64,000 bases of DNA from Marsupella aquatica (lineage: Eukaryota; Plantae; Marchantiophyta). Positions within the stretch are counted from its first letter, which is position 1, and each line of letters opens with the position of its first letter. Where the stretch lies: NCBI GenBank assembly GCA_973895155.1, contig OZ316892.1:12774238-12838237 (forward strand). Direction: 5' to 3'. The notes under the pieces are model-generated. The model was not told the DNA's origin and did no database searches. It saw only the letters and a list, made by a program, of their open reading frames with translations. Positions 39,887 through 52,561 of the stretch are shown here, in pieces. A program made the position numbers and the translations under genes.

Positions 39887-40770
39887 ATAATAAACAATTG
39901 GGGTCATAGGGAAGGGGATGAAGAGGTCTACATTCTTCACTGAGAGTGATGCATATAAGTCTATTGATGTCAATGGGAAATGTTGAGTACAGATAGGCAA
40001 TTAAGGAAGACATCTTTGAGCCAATGCTTGGAGAACAACACCAAGACCAAAAGAATGAAGATTGTTCCTAACACAGGGAAGATGTGTGACAAAGAAGGCC
40101 ACAATAGGGCATGCATTGATAACAATGGAGGGTCTCAATCTATTACGCAAGTAGGAGAATTTGTCAAAGACATACTTGCAGTGGAGGCACCTTTACAATC
40201 ACAACATGGGGTACTATACCTCCCCTTGGGGGTAGTCCCTCCTATACTGGCTCCTATCCTAGTATATACTGCAGGACCTGACCCTGACTACAGATCATAG
40301 CACGAACCAACAAAACTATGCGAGATCTGGGACAACACAAGGGTCCTGTGATGTAGATTGGATAGCTCATAACTAGGCCGAGTTTGCTTATGTTAGTCAA
40401 AGAAGACTAGCTGAGCAAATACATATGGAGGAGCTCTAGAACAAATGGTGGAATAATGTTCTAGAATGACATTATTTACGGGCCCCCATGATAAGTTCTT
40501 TCACGTGTAACCACATATTGTCACAAAGAAGAACTGTTAGTCATGCAATAAGAACCAAATTTGACAATTAGTGTTTGAGGCAAGATGAAGAAAAACAGTT
40601 AAACCATCAACAACTATAATAAGGGATCCTGCACTTTTTTGTCCTTCTTCCCAATACAAAAAAGCTTATGGGCGGGAAACATCGACAATCATTGGATTTG
40701 ATTGGCTGTTTTCCCTGACCATTGATGGAGGAAATGTGCATCCCTGGCCCATATGTGCTTCCTGCTGCCC

Positions 40771-40989
40771 CATAAATGCAAGAATGGATGAGCTTAGCCC
40801 GCCTATAAGTAAATATTTCATAGCAGCTTCATTTGATCTAATATCTTTTTTCGTGTAGCTACATAGTAAATAAGAACGTAGACTCAAACATTCTAAAGAT
40901 ACAAAAATGGTAATTAAATCATTGGCGCCACAGAGAAGCATCCCTCCAACAGTAGCTGTTAGTATAAATACTAGAAACTCAGAAATGGC
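40771..40989 (-). pseudogene. ndhB: Nuclear insertion of plastid DNA (NUPT): internal ndhB fragment
   Basis: [71 protein letters not shown] is the conserved NdhB segment. Codons are AT-rich and plastid-like; flanks are unrelated to ndhB. Confidence 0.9.
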
Positions 40990-43899
40990 CCTGGCCCAAC
41001 TCCCTATGGGTTGGCCCTCTTTTAGTTGTGCAACGCACAGGCATAGGGCTCGTGTAACTATTAAAACAGGGTGAAAGAAAAGAATCATTGCATGAGTTGT
41101 GATTGATATATCAATTTTTTTTTGGTAATTTGTTTCAAGTTTTTATTTAATTTACGCATTTTTGAAATAATGATAAGTAGAAAGCAACTCTTCAACTACT
41201 CTAACAGTTACAAAGGTAACTTAAGAAACCCAAATAAACTTTTCAGCTTTCCTAATATTTACCAAGGTAACTTAAGAAACCATTTGGCTGCTATGGATAG
41301 AGAAGTAACAAGCGAAGGTGAAAAACACCATAACTACTATGGGTAGAGGAACACCAAGGGACTCTAAGACCAACTACTATGGACAAAGTAATATTTTACA
41401 TGAACTACATGGAATGTTACATGTATTGTATAGACATAGGGGGTACTAAGGAAAGCGTTTTGCATGGAGTTTTACCCTTGGTATTTCCATGAATGTACTC
41501 ATATTTGTGTTCAATGAAATTGTCCCGACTCCTTTAAAATTCACTTCATTAAAATCATTCATTTAATCTTTGTCCTCTCATCTATCTATTCCAATGTGCA
41601 ATTCTTCAAGGCTCCAAATAGTTTAATAAACAAGCTTACATAACCAAGGGGTACTGCACTAATTATGGACCTCCATGGGAACCTCCTTCCAGACTCCCTA
41701 GCACCCCAAATACCCACATCAACGCATTTGGTCACAAATAAGAACAAGGATGTTTTCAACGAGAAATAAACATGATTGTTTGTGTTTAATGTAGTCAAGA
41801 CAAGATTGTCTGTGTTTGATGCAGGCCAAAAACATGAAACAAAAGTCCAGATGGACTGCTAAGTTGTCCCAGCTATCCCCATGGGCTGTGACAAGGGACA
41901 GACCATTTTACACCTAATTGTGAGATAGCCCAACTACAAATGGATGGTAAATTCTTTCATTAATTGTTTACCTACATTTTTGTCAGGCTAAGAACATTAT
42001 GTGCTCATCTCAAAGTCAATTTGAGAATATGAATGAAATGGAGTGAAGATGCACATTTAAAATCTTTCGCGGTCGTCGAGGCAAAGTACTTGAAGCGCTT
42101 CTTGTAACAAGAGAGGCGCTCTCTAAAAAATAGGATTCATCAATAATACTCTCCCAAAAATCTCAAGTAGCTCTATAACAATAAATTAGTCAAAACAATA
42201 TTTATAATAAGAACAATGGTCTTTGAAAAATAGTATTTAGCAACAATGCTCATGCAAATTAAAATTTTCTTTAGATCCGGAATGAAAAAATTTCTACAAT
42301 CCCAGTAACAAGAGCAATATTCTATAAAATACAAGATTATGTAAAAACATTTCTGGAAGTTGTATAGTCATTCTGCAAAGTGTCAATGCCCTAGATCTTA
42401 AGAAAGTGTGTAGAAAAATATGAATCAATTTGTAAAAATTGAGGTTATTTGGGCTTTAGATTTGCCCCATAGCCTCCTTGATGACAATTTTTTCTTTGGT
42501 TCATGAGTCATTGTGTTGCGTGCTTCCCTTTTAGTGGGGCTTATAAACATTAAAAAATATTTTAGAGTAAATTAATTCATCTGGTATTTTACCATTGAGT
42601 AAATTACTTGAGGCAATATGAGTAAAATGTGAAACACTCAATTTACTCAAAGTTTCACAAAACCATGAAGGCCAAATCAGGTATTTATATAAGGATCTAA
42701 ATATACTTTAGATTTTATCTTTTATTGAACTCTAAAAAATGGTGAAATATTGGGGAAATGGAGCGAAGCTTTCAATTAGCTCGTGTACCCCTATCTCTTT
42801 CGAGTATGAGAAGCCTACTAAAACTGGCAATTCCACAAAGACGACATTAATCTCTGTACGTTCCCATTAAAAATGTCATTTTGATGAATTGGCTTTGAAA
42901 TACACTGTATAGTCTAGATCGACTTAAGTAGGTCAATGCAACCAAAAACTGGAGTTCAATCGCCTGCTTCATCATCAAAATTATGAAACCACATATACTT
43001 CGTGCATCCCCATTAATTCCATGACACCCTCGTTAGATTTGACATCATTCTACTGCCTACTTTCAGCATCCCACCTGGGCGGTCATAAGTTGCAAAAAGC
43101 GAATGTCATGCATCGAGGCTGGTGACAACGAAGAGTGGAAGCAAGGGGAACGCAAGTTTAGGTGCAGTGTAATACAAGCAGCTATCTCAATGGCAAATCA
43201 GGGCGGGCCTAGTACCAAATGCATAGTTGGTTACGATAACTAAAACGGTTATGTCAAATAAAATTACATTCTGTTTTATGACATGACGCCCTAAATTTAT
43301 CTAGAACTTGCCACAAACACTAAATGATGAGTTATTTTAATTTGGAAATAAATTTGTTCTTGTTTGGAGCACGCCATGTTGATGTGACGCACTATGGAGT
43401 CTCAAATTTTGGAAGTGACCTCTAATGGGGTCTCTAACTAAAAATACAAGTATCTTTAAGACATGAGTGGGGACAAAGTTAGTGAAGGGAAATCTTTGGA
43501 CAAAAGTGATGATTTGGTCATTGACACTGTACTTTATGAACATAAAAGTAAACACTAGTATCTATGCATATTTTTATGATTTAGCCCTGTCCATCCAAGT
43601 TATATATCCATGGGGGCTTCATAGACAACCTAGCAGTCCATCCGGGCTTTAAGTTCCCCAAAACATAGTTAGACCCAGCAATTGTAGAAAGATAAAAAAC
43701 TGAAAAGTAAAATTAAAAATAACAAGCAAAATAAAAGAAATAACTAATTGGATATCTTGTCAATGATATATCAATGTTTTTATCAAAATCTTTGTATTTG
43801 TTATGCAATTTTTTGAAGAAATAAACTAAGAGAAATGGAAATAATTGAAACCCCATGGGCTCCATACTTTGAAACAAAATAACAAATCTCCTTAGAATT

Positions 43900-44640
43900 T
43901 CATGATTTTCATGATCTGTTAGTACTGGAAAAAATTTATCAATGTCAAAATAGTTGGAAACTTATGATCTCTTTAGTACTTGAAAAAATCTCTCAATGTC
44001 AAGCTCATTAGAAAACTAGAAAAATACCAAAACTCATGATCTCCACAAGACTTGACAAAATCTATCATGTCACGTTCATTAAAAAGTTATTGAAATTAGA
44101 AAACTCATTATCTCCCACTACTTGACTCATTGGAAAGTTAGAGAACTATTTATGATCTTGTTAATATTTGACAAATGCTCTCAATGTAAAGCTCACTAGA
44201 AAGCTATTCCTAAAACCTTTCTAAATGTTTGAGCACAAAAGGTTTTATGATTTAGGGTTTTATGATAAGTTTTTGGGTGAGTACATAGCTAGGCTTACAA
44301 AAAAGAGTGATTTGATTATCCATGAACTCTTCAAAACTTGATCAAATCTAGTAATGTTAAGTTCATTTAAAAGCTATTCCAAAAACTTTTCTAAGAATTC
44401 TAAGTATGAAGAGGTTTATCAAGAGGAAGAGAGTAAACTTTGAAATTGGGCGGCAGTTTCCAGGGTCCAAACTCTTCAAAACTCAATCAAATCTAGCAAT
44501 GGTAGGGTCATTATAAAGTTATTTCAAAGACTTTTCTAAACATTCAAAGTATGAAAAAGATTTATCAAGAGGAAGAGAGTAAACTTTGGGATTGGGCAGC
44601 AGTTTCCAGGATCTGTGGAGCTCAGGATCTGTGGAGCTCA
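43900..44640. repeat. Degenerate AT-rich minisatellite plus an about 146-bp duplication
   Basis: Recurrent ATGATCT...TACTTGA.AAA..T.TCAATGTCAAG.TCATTAGAAA units. TTTATCAAGAGGAAGAGAGTAAACTTTG occurs twice, as does GGATCTGTGGAGCTCA. Confidence 0.7.
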
Positions 44641-46339
44641 ATCAAACATGCTCGTCTCCCGACAAACTATAACAGCATTTAGTTTCATGAACCGACTGGT
44701 GGGAGATTTCCAGAGTTTGCATCCTTCCGGCAGATTTGGCATCCTGGGAGCATTTCAGATGTGTAAAGCGAATCCAAATGCTTAAGTAGTAGCCAATAAA
44801 GCTTGGACTTCTATTTGTCCGTAATGCAATCAAAATGGAGTTATAGAAGTATGAGACAATTCATGAGCAGGTGAAGCCCTTACCGCATCGTCCCAATAAT
44901 ATGAGGGAGAAGTACAGCTTCTACAGTGGCAGTACTGGCAGTGTCTTTACTGTGAAATAGGTGAAAGTTGTTTCAGTTGGCCTGGATGTCCTCTGTTTGC
45001 TCTAGCCTTGCCTCTCCCATTCGATGAACTGTCTTCTGTGGCTTGCCCACATTTTCATCAGCTGAGCTAAAACTTATCTGCGTCGTTCAACGGAAGGAAA
45101 AAAAAACACGGCACAAGAGATGTACTCTAGGAACACATATGAGGCACGTAACGAATGATGTAAATCTTTTCAAACATTACACCTTCTATCAAAAGTTACA
45201 CCAGGTTTAGGATAGCTGTAACTTTGGAAGTCCATCCCATATCGTTTTTTTTAGATGGGATTCGAAAGCTGACATAGAATCTATGGAAATTATGAACTAG
45301 ACTAGATAGGATTCTAAAGCTGACATAGAAAAGGTTAACGTCCGCTGTGGGGAGCAGATTCATACTAGAAACCACTGTTTTGTGTCCAAGAAGAGTGTAA
45401 GCCCTTGGTAGTGAGAATATATTTCCCCGTGCAAGATGTCAATAAACAATCACAGCGCCATGCAATGATAACATCTAGATACTGCTCAGGCATGCAGAGC
45501 AAACTTCCTACTATCTAATCATTCACAAATTAAATGTATTCTGCAGCAAGACCCAGCGGAGGTCATAATAATTGCTCCATTGCTTATTCAAAACAATTCA
45601 AATTTTTTAATGGATGCTATATAGAATGTTGTACGAGTACGTTACAATGTTTGACTACGTAATATCGTTCGCACTCGAAGATATTGATGTGTGTGTGTAA
45701 GGTAAATTATTGGCTTGAATGAAATCCACAGACCTTGTTCAGAGGTCTTGTGTAACAAACTGAAGATGTCTCCTATAGATAAAATAAAGGCTCCCGATCT
45801 CATGATTTCTCCTGACGAAGAGAAGTTCCCAAATGAGTTTAAGCCACTACTGGTTAATTGCAGGGGACAAGCTTTAGTGTATGAGCTGCACAAATGACAA
45901 CAATTAGTATTGGGAAAAAATGGGTTCGAAATTTAGGAGGTTTTCGCTCATAAAAGCTCTGGCAAATCTAGTATCAAAAGTATGGGTTGCGAGAGTGTCT
46001 CCTCTATCCTAAACTAATGCGCAAGCCTCCTTTCGACCTTCTTTCTGAATTCTAGACTAGACTCAATTCTCTGCGGACGTCATTGTTATGGAATCGACAA
46101 CTAATGTGGACCAGACTAAATGTTCTTGCGGAGTGTACCTTCCAAAGGTTGCTATTACGGTCTTCAACTAACCCACACATCTCCGCTGATGACTCAGTGG
46201 TACGCTCCTGTCAGACTTGATATTCTTTTACTCTGCAATCGGATTGTCCATGAAATTGCAGACACAAAAACAGGGGATTGAGGATGACACAGCCTCGATA
46301 GCCAACAACGCCTACAGACTGGAAATCAATAGTAAAGAA

Positions 46340-48381
46340 TCAGAAAGAAGAAAGACCCGTGGCTTTGCGAAGTTGCTCATACGAAACCCAGAACACAAAC
46401 TGCCATGGACCCAAACGAGCCCAAGTAGGGAGGAATCCTTTCCACAGTGCTGTGATTCCTTCAGCTTTCACGGTCTTCGCCAAACAATCCAAGGAGTTGC
46501 GGTACAATTTTTCACCCGCAGCTTGATTCATCATCCGAGTTTTCACCACGTCCGCTGGGCAGCTAAGGATGGTAGCCGTAAGGCCTGACATAATGGAAGC
46601 TACTGTATGAGAACCAATGTTGTCCCCGAGCATTCCTCGGGAAATGACCCACTGCTTGGCCCCGTCATAGCATGCAAGCTCACCCATGTTCACCAGAAAC
46701 GCACGCTGCACATTAGGCCCTACTCCCCTCCACAGACCTGTCACTCCTTCGGTCTTCAAGATTTTTGTGAATGCATCGACCACACCCGTGTAGCGTGGCG
46801 CTTGCCCCAACCTGATCAAACGCCCATCTAATTGCATGCGCACCTTCACTAGGTCTGCTGGGCTCGCCAGCATCTGCATGGAGAAAATTGAGACACATCA
46901 TCAATTAAAGAGCGACCTACACGAACATGAATGAATCATTGGATTAAATGATTCTGAAATCCACTAATTTCAACGTGAGGAAATAAATTGCACCCAGAAC
47001 ACATGAGAGCCAGACCCTAATGGATGGTCAATTTAGCTGCCAAACTTAAGATATCTGAAAAATTGGGAGCTCAATATGATTTGCTAAGAGTAAGTAAATC
47101 CTTCGTCTGAAAAGAAATGGGACAGAATCGGCAGACAGAACGGAAGGGACTCTTTCAGAAAAGTTGTCTGGAACAGGTGATGAAGTAGACGATGTCCCAT
47201 AACTTATCATAAGCTAGGCAACAGCTGTGAGAAAAAGAACATCTGACGAACGGTCTGGTGGATATCGCAAGATAATCTTTATTGACCGTCTCACGTCACG
47301 AGCACCGTTGAAAAGAGTTTTTTACGGATTTTTTATGGAAATCCGGTCTCAGCTTCGATTACTAAATTGGAGTCTACTTGAAAAGCAGTACTCCTCACTG
47401 AGCCTTTGCCATGGCCTTACTTTCTTGATAGATTTGGAACGAAATGAAACTACATATTGTGAAGAGTCTAACTCACCGACAAGACCGTGGGAATGGAGTC
47501 CTATTATGGATCAGAAGCAGCGAGAAATTTTAAACAGATCTGCACCTGAAGAAGCACAAAATTAAGGACACTGTATAGACAAGGCTTAATTGCTATCCCA
47601 CGACTTCATGCCAGTCGCAAACAAATTTGTCCATCGTTATTTTTCTCACTCGAACCCTACATCAGTTTGTTAGTTCAGAATAAACCCACCTGTTGTGATT
47701 CAAAACCCGTCTCATCCCTCTAGTTGGTCTACTCTACTTTCCACCTATAACCCGGATCTGCCTACCTCGCAGTACACCAACACCACCGAGGAGGATAACA
47801 CTTTCCTGCCTCACAGTCGATCAAATTGTCCAATTAACTCATCTCGAACTTTCTGTATTCAAACTCGTGAAATGATCCATGGTCTTCGGATCAGTGAAAC
47901 AGAGTCATGTCGCACCTACCCCTAAAAAGTGGAATGCAAACATTGCTCCGTGCTGCTAGAGTATAGGTGTGGAGGGATGAATGGATCATCTTCTTCAACT
48001 GACCTGTCCAAACATTCCGGACACGCCGCCGATGACAGCTTTTCGAGCTGCAGAGATGTCATGTTGGTCGTCTCCTTTGTGCAGTCCATCACGCAGCTGC
48101 TCGTATGTCACAATCCGAATGCTGGTGTAGAAGGTGTGGCGCAGCACTGCCGGTGAGAGGCCCCTGTACAACCCTACAAATCCCTCCTCTTTAACGATAT
48201 TCATCGCCATACCAAAGGCTCCTCTCTTCACTCCTCCTTGTCCGCCTTCTCCTTGCAACTGCAGCCGAGTCTTTGTCATGTCAATCGGAAATGTCGCCGC
48301 CTCCGAGACCACCGCTGCAGCCGACGTAAGGACCAGTCTCAGCCCCACACTCTGCTCCATCGCTGGTGATGACGGAGCCAT
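46340..48381 (-). CDS. UCP3: Mitochondrial uncoupling protein, plant UCP3/PUMP3 type (SLC25 carrier), 2 exons, 303 aa
   Basis: Exons 48004-48381 and 46340-46873, joined by a phase-0 GT-AG intron. Three carrier signatures: FPIDMTKTRLQ, SPADLVKVRMQ, CPADVVKTRMM. Also GPNVQRAFLVNMGELACYD and WARLGPWQFVFWVSYE. Confidence 0.95.
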
Positions 48382-49257
48382 CGCTCTCTCTCCCTCAATT
48401 ATCAGCACAAATGTCTCCGCATGCATTCAAGAGAAGAGACAGACCAGTCGATCAACAGGGATTAGTATTCGGACTATCACCAAGCTTCTCATCCTTCCTG
48501 AATTCAGACTATACATCCAAAGCTTTCACTGCCGCACTGCATTGTCATGTCCCTCTCATTCCATCCAAGCTCAGCTCAGCTCAGCTCAGCTCAAGCGACA
48601 GCTGCTACTAGCTCGGAGCGGTTGCTACATTTCTATGACCGGGCTTCTGGCGTTCCTACCAATTAACCCACCAGCTTCCTGTACAACAACAGTAGGTGCT
48701 CTGCCCTAAACGAAACTCCACTTCGTTTGCACATTTCAGACCTCAGCTATGCGAAACAGCGAATCGTTCCACTGACATCTAAAAGCCGCGACCGCAGAGA
48801 ACCTCAACTCCAGCACAAATGCTACGCATCGCATTCTCTGCCTCCAAGGTCTGTCTGTCTGACTGACTGACTAATCGTTGTGACAGATTTAAAAGCCGGA
48901 GAGCTTCAAGCAATTCTTCAAACCAGCAGTAGTGTACAACAGCAGCACAGCTTCGAGTTCCTCGACACTACACAATTCACCGACAGAAGACTGCAATTGG
49001 ACTCTACCTCTGCCAGGATTCCGAGCTGAACACCATTTCCTTCACCTTGTTGCCTCCAATTCAGGCCCCAACTGGCAATTCCACTCGAGATTTCGACATG
49101 TCTGGCCGATTTCACCTTAGTCGAGCACCCAGAGGGACATCTTACGAATTTGACGGAGCTCGCCCTCCAACAATTTAATTATAAATCCACCTTTATGCAA
49201 AACGCCTACCGCATCTTGGTTGGACCCTTTTTCGAGGAAAGAAGTGGAGATAGTGTA

Positions 49258-50106
49258 CAGAGGTACTCTCTAAGTGCACACTCTGAGGAAGAATCATGCG
49301 TGTGCACTAATCGGGGGTTGCACTAAACTATAAGTGCAAACACACACAATCGTGCACACAATGGTTCTCTCTAAGTGCACACTCAGAGGAAGAAGCATGT
49401 GTGCACAAAAAGAGGCTTTTGCACTAAATGATAAGTGCAAACCCCATGGAAATTTGCACACCTTGGCTGTCTCTAAGTGCACACTTCAAGGAAGAAGCAT
49501 AGGTGTGCAGGAAATGGGGGTTTGCACCACATGATAAGTGCAAACACACTGAAGTGTGCACTTATCAATAAGAGCATGATAAGAGTAGAGCATGATAAGA
49601 GTGTATGATATACAGGTTTCGCTAGGTCCACACTATGAGGAATAAGTATACGTGTCCACTAAATGGGGGTACGCACTACATGATAAGTGCAAACCCACAG
49701 AATTGTGCACTTATGCATAAGAGTATGAATAGAGTGTACGATTTACACCTCTTTGTCACCTGTACCATTGTCCTCATCACTCTTGTCAGTCCCACCCTAA
49801 ATTGTACATCCTTGCCCTAAATTTGGTCCCCTATCTCATAAGCGCAATTTGTACTCTATGAAAACAGGTGGTTTCACTTATGAGTAAGTGAAATCAGTGC
49901 ACTTACTGATAAGTGTATATGTACACTTGTCAAGGTTTTGCACTTATAAGTTATTGTTTAGCAAAAAAATGGACCTGTCTGCACTTACCAAAGGTGTCAA
50001 AAAGGTGCAAACTCAGTGAGAAAGGGAAGAATGGGATATCTTGCTGTCACCAGGTTTTCCACTTATGGGGTGCACACCCGGGTGCGCACTTAGACTGAGA
50101 TGATTG
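49258..50106. mobile_element. TA-flanked MITE-like element with GTGCAC-rich internal tandem repeats (Tc1/mariner-type ends)
   Basis: TA|CAG...CTCTCTAAGTGCACAC at the left and GTGCGCACTTAGACTGAGATGATTG|TA at the right. About 100-bp internal unit x3. Related sequence at about 3289-3850 and 22930-23160. Confidence 0.55.
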
Positions 50107-50776
50107 TAACTATATAATCAAAGCTACTCGTCATTCAAGGTCTAGGTGTAGAGTGGGAGACTCTAGAGCAGGACTCTGGGAGCATACAAGTTGGAGGTGC
50201 AAGTGGAAAACAACCACTGGGCCCAAAGGTGGGTCTCTGAAAATTGCATACGGGTTTGAATGTACTCATCTCTATCCATGTTCAAAGAATTGGCATTTGA
50301 ATGTACTTGTTGCTATTCATCTCCAAAGAACGGCACTCGGGATAATGCCTCCTAATCTAACATCAATCACAATCAAGAATTGTGCCTATGGTCTAGTGTG
50401 AAACCCTAGACCGTGTCTCTCAAGTGGGGTTGGACCAAGTGCTAGTGCTAGTGCTATGCAACAGGTGAGGAAGGGAACCATGGGCCTGAGCAAAGCTTGG
50501 GCAGTCAGGCTTGTAAGGACTAAAGTTGATGCCCCTAAGTATGTCTCTTATCATCTCTCTTTCTTATTGCCCTTAGTGATTTTTCTCTTTGTAATTTTCA
50601 ATGCATTTATGGAGAAGAATGCACAATCAAGATTTTGATGAGCTCTTTATGAAAATTCTCCTCTACTTCTACTAGTATTAGTAAAAAATAAATCTCTTAG
50701 GCCTTTAATTGTTTAGGTCGTTTTATTGGATCATTATGTACAATAATAGGCCCTCAAAACTCAAGCTGAAGCCCTT

Positions 50777-50912
50777 TGTCGTGCGCATACACATCGTTAC
50801 ACAACATACATCGCTTGTCACATACATCCAGACATAGTCACACTGCCACATCACAAACACAAGAGAATGGAATACAAGTGGAACTCATGTCCACACATGT
50901 CCAAAACCCACA
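50777..50912 (-). mobile_element. Putative short 3' LTR of the PHD-gypsy element (PPT at about 50913-50925)
   Basis: On the minus strand, purine-rich AGGGGGACGA precedes TGTGGG and the segment ends CGACA. It lies about 180 bp after the integrase-PHD stop. No 5' LTR is in the window to confirm it. Confidence 0.5.
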
Positions 50913-52561
50913 ATCGTCCCCCTAGCTACGAGTAAGGTCCCCTAACTCTAGCTAGCCATGAGTTCTACAAGATTGATATACACATTTTTAAGTGTGAAGA
51001 TCAGGAGGTCGGGTGCAAGTGAGCCCCATCGATCACCTTCCTACAATCCATATCTGCCAAGAGAACACAAATGATAACTAGCTAGTCAGCTTCACCAACA
51101 TTGAGGACACAACCATGATCCACTAGGAATCACCTGCAATGGTGGTGTCAAACATAACATATGCCATCCTCTAGAACACTTATCACAAATCAACATAGTA
51201 GTTGCTCCCTGAGCAGATCCACACAACATACATTTCAAGCCAGCACAAACATGTGCCAAGCTTGGATCTACTGTACCATCAATGTTGGGAAGGTGACATG
51301 GTGCGCAGTTGTGCACATGATCCTTCCAAACCATACCATCGCGTCCCTCCAACATCAGGACACCAGAAGGCAACACTTCACGCACACGTAAGATTGTCCA
51401 ATCTGCGGTTACATCAAGTATCGTGGGTGCTGTCTGCTGTAAATAAACATAATCACCAAGATGAAATCGTCGAATGCTTGCACGGTAACCTCCTCCACGA
51501 ATAGTAGCATACCTCAAAGTATCACGATGTTGGGCAATGGCAAGGTTGTCAAAAGCCATGGGCATCACTCTCTAAAATACTCGTGCTCTCTCTAAACACA
51601 CCTTGACCCAAACATCAGGATCATCCAAGGTCACAACTGATGCAACATCACGACGAATAGCCGTTGGCAAATCTGGCTCTCTACCATAGAGCAAAAAGTA
51701 AGGTGAAAAGGATGCAAGTGATGCTTGCCGACTAAAATGGTAGCCCATAGCTAACCAATGTAGCTGGAGATCCCAATCTCCCAGATGACTAACCTGCAAG
51801 CCATACTTACGCAATCCTCTCTTCACAGTTTGCACAACTCTCTCAACTAATCCATCTGCCTCAGGATGATCACGAGAGGTAGTACAATGATCAATCAGAG
51901 CTTGCTCACACAAATTCTCAAACTCTCCACGAAACTCAGTTCCCTGATCAGTCAACACCTCAGCTGGTGCTCCAAAATGACTGAGTACAAAATCCAAAAA
52001 TGTAGCAGCAACTTCTCCACTGGCTTTATATGGCAACGCCACTAGCTCAATCCACTTGGAGAAGTGCTACACCATGACCAAAACATACCGATTATGGCGT
52101 TGGGTAAGAGGTAATGGACCAGCAAAATCCAAACTCCAACGATATCCCAAACCCATGATCGACAACGGATGCAACTAGGGAGTGGAAGCATTAAATGATG
52201 CTCTCACTCTATCACATACCACACACTTAGCTATCAACTACTGGACATGAGTGTGCATACCACGCCACCAATACTGTGTCTACAGCAAGCTGTAAATGCG
52301 CTTCACACCAAAGTGACCCAACTCCTCGTGCGCATGTCGCACCAAATGTACTCGTTGTGATAGTTTTGGTACCACCAACACCCTACCATCATGCAGTACT
52401 CTCAGAAGATGGTTTCCCTCCCATCGAAACCTCTTGGCTCTCTGTAGAACCCTGTCACGTTCCTTGGCATCAACACTACCAACAATAGAACCACTACGCA
52501 GATATTCCAACACTCTCACATCATTGTGAATATCTTGCTGTCCAAAAGTTACCTCACCAAC

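Noticed and set aside
46185-46215. GACTCAGTGGTA, tRNA D-arm-like
   Set aside because: No T-arm (GTTC) or acceptor stem at the required spacing.
47995-48426. Upstream in-frame ATG at 48426 for UCP
   Set aside because: It would add 15 residues unlike carrier N-termini. The ATG at 48381 (gcgATGg) gives the typical length of about 300 aa, though the longer start is not strictly excluded.
48134-48709. 191-aa plus-strand ORF, and the plus ORFs at 46217-46831
   Set aside because: Antisense shadows of the UCP exons.
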